From Octopus vulgaris (lineage: Eukaryota), in contig OX597814.1 of assembly GCA_951406725.2 (NCBI GenBank), positions 48,112,001 through 48,176,000 on the forward strand: a stretch of 64,000 nucleotides of DNA, in the 5' to 3' direction. The position numbers and the translations under genes were made by a program. Of this stretch, positions 55,101 through 64,000 are shown one piece after another; position 1 is the first letter of the stretch, and every line of letters begins with the position of its first letter. The notes beneath the pieces are model-generated. The model saw nothing but the letters and a program-made list of their open reading frames with translations, ran no database searches and was not told where the DNA came from.

Positions 55101-58100
55101 ATTTCTAGACAAAAGGAAAAAAAAGAACCATTTAGTATTCATCATTTAGCGTCTGTTGTCCATGCTAGTATGGGTTGGATGATTTGACCAGGGCTGGCAA
55201 GCTGCACCAGACCCCAGTCTGATTTGGCATGGTTTCTACAGCTGGATGCCCTTCCTAATGCCAACCACTCCGAGAGGGTAATGGGTGCTTTTATGTGCCA
55301 CGAGTATCTGCCATGACTGCAATTATACTTGGCTTGATGAGTCTTCTCCAGCACGACAATACCAAAGGTCTTGGTCATTACCTCTGAGGAGCCCAACACT
55401 CAAAAGAAGCTTTTCATGTGCCATCAGCATTGGACACTTTGCCTCTGTGAGGCCTAACGTGCCAGTTACACAATACCAGCATCAGCCACAACTATAATTT
55501 CACTTGGCTTGACAGGTCTTATCAAGCACAGAATATCACCAAAGGTCTCAGTCACTAGTCATTGCCTCTGTGAGGACCAAAGTTCAGAGATCATGCTTCA
55601 CCACCTTGTGCCACATTTTTCTAGGTCTACTTCTACTACAGGGTCTCTCTATAGTTAGAGATCACTTCTTTACACAGCTGTCTTTGTCCATACATATCAC
55701 ATGACCATACCAGCACAGTCGTCTATCTTGCACACCACATCTGATGCCTCTTATGCCCAACCTTTCTCTCAAGACGCTTACACTGTCAAACATGCACACT
55801 TACTTAGCACATCCAGTGAAATATACTGGCTTCATTTCTTTCAAGCCTATGCATGTCCTTGGCTGTCACAGCCCATGTTTCACTGCAGTGTAGCATAGCT
55901 GTTCACATACAGGCATCATACAATCTGCCTTATACTGAGGGAGAGGCCCTTTGTTGCCAGCTGAGGTAGGAGCTCTCTAAGCTTTGCCCAACCTATTCTT
56001 ATTCTTACAACTATGCTCTTGGAACATCTATCTTTGCTACTAACTTGGTCACCTAGATAACGGAAGCTATCTACTACCACTAGCTTACCCGGCTGACAGC
56101 CGAGTCTATTTTCTGTACATTTTCAGTGTTTATTTTACCTATACATCTTCCACACACAAAAGCTATTTTCCCTGTTAACCTTCTGATAATTACTGCACCT
56201 CTTATATGTCCAAAGCTTACACTGGGTACATCTTATGGAGTTTCTACCTACACACACCTTCTCTACAGATTGAGCAGGGCCATCTACCAGAAGGGATTTG
56301 TGATTGTCTGCCTTCCTTGCTCACTGTTTTTTTGCTAGGTTAACTCTAAGGCCCTTCGATTCTAGACCTTGTTTCCATACTTGAAACTTCTTTAGTTCTG
56401 TTAGTGATTCAGCTGTAAGAACAAGGTCATCAGTATAGAAGAGCTCCCAGGGGCAGCCTATCTTAAATTCCTCTGTTATTGCCTAGAGGACTATGATGAA
56501 CATGGGGTCTGAGGACCAATCCTTGGTGAACCCATCTTGTATCCTGAATTCTTTGCCAACCCTCATTGCACTGGTAGCATTCCTGTACATGGCTTGTATG
56601 GCTCTCACCAACCACTCATCTATCCCTAGTTTCTGCATTGACCACCAGATAAGGTATTGGGGGACCCTGTCAAAGGCTTTCTCCAAGTCAACAAAAGCCA
56701 GGTACAAAGGTTTATCTTTGGTTATGTATTTCTCCTGCAGCCGCTTTACCAGAAATATAGCTTCAGTGGCGATTCTCCCTTGCACAAAACCAAATTGCAT
56801 CTCATCAAGACTCTCCCGCATTAATTGGGCTATGACCTCTTCATAACTTTCATCACCTAATCCAGCAATTTGATACCTCTATAATTATTTCTATCTAAGG
56901 CATTACCTTTACCTTTGTAGCAGCTGCTACTACACCAGTCACTGGGTACGACTCCTTTGTGAACCACCTGATTTACAATATGGGTGACTGATTTACAATA
57001 TTTTAAGCATCTCAGTGGTGATTCTTGATGGGTGGGCTGGGGGATTTCCCTGTCTTCATATCCTTAATTGCTTTATCTACCAAGGTACTGTTGGTTCAGA
57101 TAGCTGGTTCCTCAACTGGGCCAACATTTGGCAAACTCTCCTCCTCCCACTCATTCTCCATGTTCAGCAGTCTTTCATAATTGCATTTCCAAGCCTCTTT
57201 CTTTGCAGAATCATTAAATGCAAGTGCGCTATCATTCATGCAGACACTTAAATGAAATTAATGAAAAGGAGTAAAATATTTAGTGTTGATTAATGAAAAA
57301 AAATAAATACACTTACCACTCCTGAGACAAAGTTTAAGTATTTTGGCATCATATCTTCAAAATCATCAGTAATGAAAACTCGACGAACATACATCTATTC
57401 AAAAAAAAAGTTTTAAAAGATTAATCAGGTATATGAATAAATGCACAACATGCATATATACAAACGGTTTGAAAAAGAATTTAAACTTACCTTAATACGG
57501 TCAGCTTTCTTTCCATAATTGTTGAAAGTATCACTTGGAGAAACTTTGGGCACATATAAGATGGATTTAAATGTGACTTCACCTTCTGCAGTGAAATGAA
57601 TTTTAGCCATGGGTGGAGTGAAATCAGAGCTAATAGACTTGTAAAAGGCATTATATTCATCATCAGTTATTTCATTGGGTCTGAAATTTAAAAAATACAA
57701 AATCTGTAGAAACTACTACATTTTTTCTAACATTAAAAACAGCGAATTAAAAAGATACTCACTTTCTAGTCCAGATGGGTTTTACACTATTTAGTAATTC
57801 CCAGTCCCATGTAGTTTTTTCAACAGTTTTTGTTTTTGGTTTTTCTTCCTTTTCTTCTTCAACTTTACCCTCCTCTTCTTCATCTTCCTCTTTTTCTTCA
57901 GCTGGCTTCTCCTCTTCATCTTCAACTGGTTCTTCAACTTTCTCTGTCTATAATACAATTACATTGACAGTATTTTACAATTCAGGAAGGCTAAAGGCAT
58001 CATTCAATTTTTGTATGGAAAAAAATTAATATAAAATTAAACATTAAAAATTTGTGTACCTTGCTGGTCCAAAGGTAAATGTTGAAATTGATGAACTGGC

Positions 58101-61100
58101 TGTATTTCTTAATTAGGTCTTTCAATGTATTTTCTTCAAGATAATCATGAGCTTCTTCTTTCAGATGCAAGCTAAACAAAATTTAAAAATACCATTACAT
58201 TTGTGTTACTGAAAACATCTTTGTAACAGATTCAAAAATATATATTATATTCAGCTGATTCATTGTAAGAATGAATAAGTGTGGGTTAGAGAAAGCCCAT
58301 CAATGTACATTGTAATGAAGTAGTCTGACAGAAAACTCATCCAAGAGATGAAAGTTGAATAGAACTCACTGATGTACAATTGAGTATCAAATCTCAAGCC
58401 AGACACTATGCTTTGCTGGTCTCAATGGCAATATCATTGCTAAAGTGTAACTGTACAGGAATTTCATGAATTGTCAGTGTGAAAGGAAAGAGATGAAGTG
58501 ATGGAAGGTAATTTTTCAAAGCTGTTTTTATCATCTTTGCGAATTTGAATACAAAGCAATATGACTATAGCTACAAGGGTCCAGTGAAGTTGCTCTTCTC
58601 CAAAATGGAACATTGTTAGAAGTTTCCATGAGATAAACTTAAAGAAAACTACTAAGTGAGGCCAACAACACTAACAAACAAAAAAAAAAGTTTTACTGAC
58701 TGAAAAATTTATAGAAGTTCTTAAATTCTGAAAAGAGAAAAGCTCTTCTCAGAAGAGAAAATCTATCTCATAAAACAAGATACTTGATACTTAGTTACAA
58801 GAGACTTTACATTCAAGAAGCTATAATGGAATTAAAAATGAAATAACATTAAAGAGAGAGAACAAAAAAAAAAAAATTTTTTACAAACACCAGAAGTTGC
58901 ACGCTCCAGACAAAATGAAAACTATAAAATAGAAAGGAATTAATTATACTGGACATACCTAATAGTAGTTCCTCGAGCAAGAGTAGTGCCACGTGGATCT
59001 TTTGATACTTGGAAAGAGTCTGAATCAGATTCCCAAATATATTGGTCATCGTCATTATGCTTGGAAGTAACCATTACTTTGTCGGCAACTGAAATCAAAT
59101 TTAAATGGTTTTGATACATATATGAATTTCAATTTCTTTAAACATTTTAGTACAGTAAAATTTAAGCTTTAGTCATTTTAAACAGAGACAAGACCAAATA
59201 TTTTGGATGGAAGGTTTATTTAATAAAATCAATCAATAAAATCAATCACAGTAACTGACCAGCACTTTATCAACCCAAGAAGGATGAAAGATGAAGCTGG
59301 GCTTTGATTTGAACTTGGAACATAAAGATAAATATTGCAAAGTAATATTTCTGCTATCACAGCCCTTGCATAAATTACCATGGTTTCTTTAACCTTTTTT
59401 GATATCAGCCTGTTGGAGATTGCTTCAGTTGTTATGATACAAAATTAGTGTTTTAAAGTATTCATATAAATTGGTTGATTAGTTAATGAGGGACTGTAAC
59501 AAGTGGCAAGACTAGTGAAACAGGTCTGGCCAACCCATACCAACATCGAAAAATGTGTAGAATGGCATGTAGTAGGAATTTTAAATATAAATGATAATAT
59601 CCTATGTTAAAATAAACTACATATGCCTGTTTATTAGGGCCTAACTTTCTTAGTTTTAAATTAGATTCATTACCATCATTTAACATCCACTTTCCATGTT
59701 GGCATGGGTTGGATGGTTTGACTGAGTGCTGGCAAGCCAGAAGGCTGCACCAGGCTCCAATCCGATCTGGCAAAGTTTCTACTACTGGATGCCCTTCCTA
59801 ACGCCAACCACACCAAGAGTGTAGTGGGTACTTTTTACGTGTTACCAGCATGAGAGCCAGTCATGTGGCACTGGCATTGACCATGCTCGAATGGTGCTTT
59901 TTATGTGCCACTGGCATGGGAGTCAGTCAGGTGGCACTGGCAGTGATCACGCTTGTATGGTGCTTTTTACGTGCCACTGGCACAAATTAAAATGATATAT
60001 TCAGAGGAGAAGAAATTATGTAAAGAGTGTGAAGACATTTTTAGTAAATTACATTTTTCAACTCTAGAGTTAAATTACACATATAATAGACTTTGAGATA
60101 AGATTTGGAGAAATCATTAACTTCATACCACTAGAACTAAGATAACAGCAGTTTTTCAACATGGATAGACATATCTAGTATGTAAGAAGGAATTATGTCA
60201 TTATGTTGACATATTTAGATTCTTAGTGGCTAGGTAGGATCAATATGTTTTTTTGGACGCATATAAAAAACACGAGTTATGTCAGTGAAATGAGAAAGAT
60301 TGTCTAAAAAGATACGAGAGCAAAAGGTGTGTTGGGAGTAAAAGTTAAGTTTTTAATCAGCTACTCAGCATAAGCAGAACTGTACCCATGACACCTAGAC
60401 TGTCAAGAGACTTATGTGGTTGTTTAGTTTGAACAGTTGTCTTTCAATGGCAAAGACGCAAGTGCTTGCAGTGATTGGTATCAGATTAGTTAGCAAAAGG
60501 AGATAAAGACAAGAGGAAGTAGTCATGCTGGAGTAGATGGTATCCAGTTACTAATCCAGAGAACTAGAGGCTACTATAATAATGAAGGAAGAGAGTAAAT
60601 GATTTGGTGAATATTTGCCTCAAGTGACCTGCTTTTGGGCATGGCTCTAGAGTGTTTCTTGCGACGCATAGCTTAGTTCTTACGAAGCAAACCCATGATT
60701 AAAAGCTTTCCAATTCTAACTATTGCCATTTCGTCTTTCAAAGTTTACATTTGAAAGAAATTTGGGTATAATTTTTTTTGCAAGTTTAGTAATCATATAC
60801 AGGATACGGCTAATTAGATGTGCATGAGAGCAGCTGCATTATATCAGACATGTGAACAGTTCTTTAGTATGACTTGAGGTTTATAGAGATCAATTGATCA
60901 AAGCTGAAGTAATTTTTGGCCCTGAAAATGAAGCTTAAATTTGAGGATGCAGTTTTTGGCAATTTTGTAAGTGAGAAAGCCATTAGATTTGAGGTTGATA
61001 TTTTGTATTGCATTGACATGGTTTATGAAACTTCTTTTGATGCATATAATGAATGCCTCTCGGTGCTGTTGAAGTAACTATTTCTTTTTTATGTCCACAT

Positions 61101-61386
61101 TGAAAGACGTATTTGAAGTCTGTTCATAGCAATATGTGCGTGAAGTGAGGTGTCCATGTTGCTTGTTAATGACATTGGTGTCATGTTGAGGGAGATTAAA
61201 GGGTGAATTATATACATTAAAATGGGAGTTAGAACTAAACTGCTAGCAAAGCATAGGTGAAAGACAGGAATAGTGAAGGAGAAGGCTCAATATTGGGGCT
61301 GCACCACAATTTATAAAATATGGGCCTAAGTGGCCCTTCAACACATGCCATAATAATGGAAGTTTGATAAAGAAATGCTAACCATA

Positions 61387-61441
<55 letters not shown>

Positions 61442-62481
61442 GTTGTCTAAGAGTTCATAAGCCAGGAAAAATGCACTCGTATATTTGTCAATAGAGTGGG
61501 TATATTACCCTAAGTGTACAATATTATACTGTACTGCGGCTGATCTTATCGACTGGTTTCGCACTAGGGACCAAATGGAGTGTTAGGTAACAGTCTGATT
61601 ACATAATCCTACACTCATCAGAGATGGAATAGAGAGCAGTTGCCATATTTCGTTCCATATTGGCTACTTCTGATGAGTGTAGGGTTGAATCCCTAGTGCA
61701 AGACCAAACATTGGCCAAAATGGATGTATAATACTGTATACTTCGGATAATACACACACACAGTGAATTTGTAATGTGGTTATCTTATAGCAGAAATTAT
61801 TTTAGAGTTGATATATCTTACCTTTTACTCTTTGCAGTCACTAGACTGCAGCCATGCTGGAGCACCACCTTGAATTTTTAGATTGGGGGGGGGGGGGGTC
61901 GATCCCAGTACTTAATTTTTAAGCCTGGTACTCATTGCCGAACCGCCAAGTTATGGAGACGCAAACCCACCAACAAGTGGTGGTGGGGGACAAACACAAA
62001 GACACAGATACAATCATCATTGTTTAATGTCTACTTTCCATGCTGGCATGGGTTGGGAAGTTTGACTGAGGTCTGGCAAGCTGGGAGGCTGCACCAGGCT
62101 CCAATATGATTTAGCAAGGTTTCTACAGCTGGATGCCCTTCTTATGTCTAGAGATTTATCTAAATCTCTTCAGATTTATGTGTAAAGTTGTAGGAAGTTA
62201 AAGATTCCTATATTTGCAGTATAAGGATCATGCTTAGAGACCAATTTGTTTATACTTGGAACAAATGCATAAACCTAAGACTTACCAAGGAAAGTTGAAT
62301 AGAAACCAACACCAAATTGACCAATCAAATCACTCATTTCTGTACTTCCAGATGTATCTAGCTTTTTCAGAAATTCACTTGTACCAGATTTGGCAATAGT
62401 TCCTAAATTGTTGACTAAATCACTTTTAGTCATTCCAATGCCAGTGTCTGTTATATGAAGTATGTGATTTTCTTTATCAGC
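43074..62481 (-). CDS. HSP90B1: Endoplasmin / GRP94 (ER Hsp90), 14 coding exons in window (653 aa + stop); N-terminal exons lie beyond 64000
   Basis: Hsp90 motifs [87 protein letters not shown], plus GRP94-type features ([31 protein letters not shown]) and a C-terminal ER-retrieval SDEL. All 13 introns are GT-AG with consistent phases; exon lengths sum to 1962 nt. Confidence 0.97.
45870..45962 (-). CDS. HSP90B1: HSP90B1 penultimate exon (acidic tail [11 protein letters not shown]...DEKEEK)
   Basis: tag|GTT ... AAA|gtaagt, 93 nt, phase 0-0. Confidence 0.9.
47018..48475. repeat. Near-identical ~213-bp direct repeat pair (47018-47231 and 48264-48475)
   Basis: tgatgtcaaggcaaggagacaac...aataactgatcc occurs twice with few differences; both ORFs share [33 protein letters not shown]. 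Confidence 0.9.
47310..48200 (-). mobile_element. RTE-clade LINE 3' fragment in an HSP90B1 intron
   Basis: [32 protein letters not shown]-like remnant plus the family 3'UTR. Confidence 0.7.
49826..49981 (-). CDS. HSP90B1: HSP90B1 exon ([25 protein letters not shown]...DGEDM)
   Basis: cag|AGT ... ATG|gtaagt, 156 nt. Confidence 0.95.
50772..50850 (-). CDS. HSP90B1: HSP90B1 exon ([26 protein letters not shown])
   Basis: cag|C ... GAG|gtaagt, 79 nt. Confidence 0.95.
51312..51448 (-). CDS. HSP90B1: HSP90B1 exon ([37 protein letters not shown]...)
   Basis: cag|ATT ... GA|gtaagt, 137 nt. Confidence 0.95.
51550..51950 (+). mobile_element. Nested SINEs: a family-1 SINE (~51596-51830) inserted into a family-2 SINE
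   Basis: The family-2 head stops at ...cccaactgcat and resumes at aactgcatggttctaggttc (~51832), so a short aactgcat duplication flanks the insert. Confidence 0.7.
52373..52618 (-). CDS. HSP90B1: HSP90B1 exon ([17 protein letters not shown]...FQNVAKEG...ALSNQ)
   Basis: cag|GTG ... CAG|gtaaat, 246 nt. Confidence 0.95.
53743..53914 (-). CDS. HSP90B1: HSP90B1 exon ([21 protein letters not shown]...GTSQKE)
   Basis: tag|C ... GAG|gtaagg, 172 nt. Confidence 0.95.
54921..55081 (-). CDS. HSP90B1: HSP90B1 exon ([19 protein letters not shown]...FWKEYST)
   Basis: cag|GTC ... AA|gtaagc, 161 nt. Confidence 0.95.
55140..57250 (-). mobile_element. RTE-clade LINE, RT region and 3'UTR, decayed
   Basis: [23 protein letters not shown]...[14 protein letters not shown] (ORF 56483..56821) and [11 protein letters not shown] downstream. 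Confidence 0.88.
57317..57394 (-). CDS. HSP90B1: HSP90B1 exon ([26 protein letters not shown])
   Basis: tag|ATG ... GTG|gtaagt, 78 nt. Confidence 0.95.
57491..57680 (-). CDS. HSP90B1: HSP90B1 exon ([15 protein letters not shown]...[12 protein letters not shown]...DRIK)
   Basis: cag|A ... AAG|gtaagt, 190 nt; overlaps ORF 57425..57700. Confidence 0.95.
57763..57947 (-). CDS. HSP90B1: HSP90B1 exon (charged linker ...[17 protein letters not shown])
   Basis: tag|ACA ... AA|gtgagt, 185 nt. Confidence 0.94.
58060..58171 (-). CDS. HSP90B1: HSP90B1 exon ([13 protein letters not shown]...[17 protein letters not shown])
   Basis: tag|C ... AAG|gtacac, 112 nt. Confidence 0.94.
58959..59088 (-). CDS. 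HSP90B1: HSP90B1 exon ([21 protein letters not shown]...ARGTTIS)
   Basis: cag|TT ... AG|gtatgt, 130 nt. Confidence 0.95.
60000..61370 (-). mobile_element. Highly decayed retroelement remnant, possibly Penelope-like; related pieces at ~27250-28500 and ~39480-40460
   Basis: Shared degenerate blocks (caattgatcaaagctgaagta at 39628 and 60891; ctctaga-containing blocks in all three); no intact ORF; family assignment is inference. Confidence 0.35.
62286..62481 (-). CDS. HSP90B1: HSP90B1 exon (ATP-binding domain: [18 protein letters not shown]...[12 protein letters not shown])
   Basis: tag|GCT ... CTT G|gtaagt, 196 nt, phase 0->1. Confidence 0.95.
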
Positions 62482-63149
62482 CTAAAAAGAGAAATATTTT
62501 TAAAAAGTTAATATTTCATGGATATTAATCAGTCAAAATTCTTTTCAAATAAATATTCCAACTGAATACTCAAAAAACATTTTATGCCATAGTATCTTTA
62601 AGTTGCCAGTATAATAAATGCCTTCAATTTTCATTGACAGCTAGCTGCCATGCTTTATTAGAACAGAAAAGTAATAATTTAACTACCTTCATATTCAATA
62701 CAAATAGATATTAAAATTTATCAATGAAAATTAACACTTAAGAAAAAGTAACATATAGAAAACAGCGGATGACATTGTTGCTTGAATCAATCATAGTATT
62801 TTACAGATATATGTTATTAACTTCGTATGAAAAGACTATGGCAGATTTGCAAAAACTCATCAATACACTACAACTACTCTTCTGAACTGGCAAACTGCAT
62901 ATAACCTGCTTTTACTACCCCACCAGAGACATCCCTCACTATACACTTAAATTTTCCTCCAGAACTGCAGTGCTCAATATTTTTCCCACAAGCATGCACC
63001 AAGAGTTGGGGTTAGACACTACAAAGTGACATCCCAACTAAATCACAAATGAATAAAAGGGATGTTAAATGATATGTTAGTCTATTAAGTAGACTGAGTG
63101 CTTAGAATATCTAAGGTTTCTAACTTCAGATCATGTGTAGATTATGTCA

Positions 63150-64000
63150 CACTTTTGCACATGCTATTTCAAATGACTGAGAATGAGTTGTAAGAATAGT
63201 CTGTCAAATTAATCTCTGGAAGAATGAAAGACAGAACTCGGACTTTCAAATTGTAACAAAGGGATGTAACCAAATACAAGACATTATCCTTACAAGTGAC
63301 AGTAATGATATTAATATATGGAATAGTAACTATTGTTTCTGCCTACACTCCTCAACCAGGGCTGCCAAATGAACAGAAAAATCAATTTTATGACACCCTT
63401 TGCAGACTACCTCATTGACAAATAATATTGGCCTTCTCTCCATGGCCAGTGACTTCAATGGGCATGTTGGGCAGTATCCAGGTGACTTTCATGGGGTACA
63501 TGGAAGCTATCCACAGTGAGGAGGGAACTAGGTTGTTGGACTTCTCTGATGCAAATGACCTGATGATTTACAATGCTAACTTCAGGAAACCAGTCAGTCA
63601 CCTGTTCACATATCAATCTGGTGGCCATACAAGCCAGATTAATTATATTCTCACCAGAAAGCAGGAAAGATGGTTGCTTGTAAATGCAAAGTGCTTCCCA
63701 GGTGAAGAGTACCCCCCATCAACATAGGTTAGTCGTTAGTGACTTCAAACTTCAGGTTAGAAGGATGCCAAGAAGCAAACCAGTCTTGAAAAAAAAGGTC
63801 TGGAAGCTTATAGTTAATAAGGTTGTTCATGATGGAGTCATACCTAATGAATAGTGGAGCAGCATTATAGTCAACCGCTACAAACATAATGGTGACACCT
63901 TAGAAATAATTAGAGGTAGCAAATTACTGGACCAGATAATAGCTCAATAAATTAGGAAGGGAGTCTAGATGAGATGCAGTTTGGTTTTGTGCCAGAGAGA
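63150..64000 (+). mobile_element. RTE-clade LINE, APE endonuclease remnant joined to the start of RT
   Basis: IVSAYTPQ, DFNGHVG, FTYQSGGHTSQINYIL and terminal [10 protein letters not shown] motifs; internally deleted and frameshifted. Confidence 0.8.

Overview
AT-rich, microsatellite- and SINE-dense eukaryotic DNA; the repeat landscape looks like an octopus/coleoid cephalopod genome (inference). Two protein-coding loci lie on the minus strand. (1) The 3' 14 coding exons of HSP90B1/GRP94 (endoplasmin) span 62481->43074. All junctions are GT-AG with matching phases, the protein ends ...VSHHSDEL*, and the 5' exons lie beyond the window. (2) About 29 kb downstream, one giant ~8.84-kb exon (13927->5085) encodes ~2,950 aa built from roughly 65-70 copies of a 38-aa unit, [38 protein letters not shown]. 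This gives over 200 nearly Cys-free DxDxDG/thrombospondin-type-3-like Ca2+-binding motifs. Variation between units is mostly synonymous, there is a divergent basic central insert and a unique C-terminus, and one 1-bp frameshift sits near 7316. This exon is the most novel item, and its first exon is not identifiable. The rest is transposon-derived: a Tc1/mariner element with TIRs, R4/Dong-type RLE LINE pieces in (TAA)n, RTE LINE fragments, Helitron/Helentron-type elements, piggyBac- and pogo/Tc2-like MITEs, tRNA-derived SINEs, several long foldback palindromes, and hammerhead-ribozyme-like CTGAnGA...GAAAC motifs. Most short ORFs in the supplied track are microsatellite or shadow-frame artefacts.
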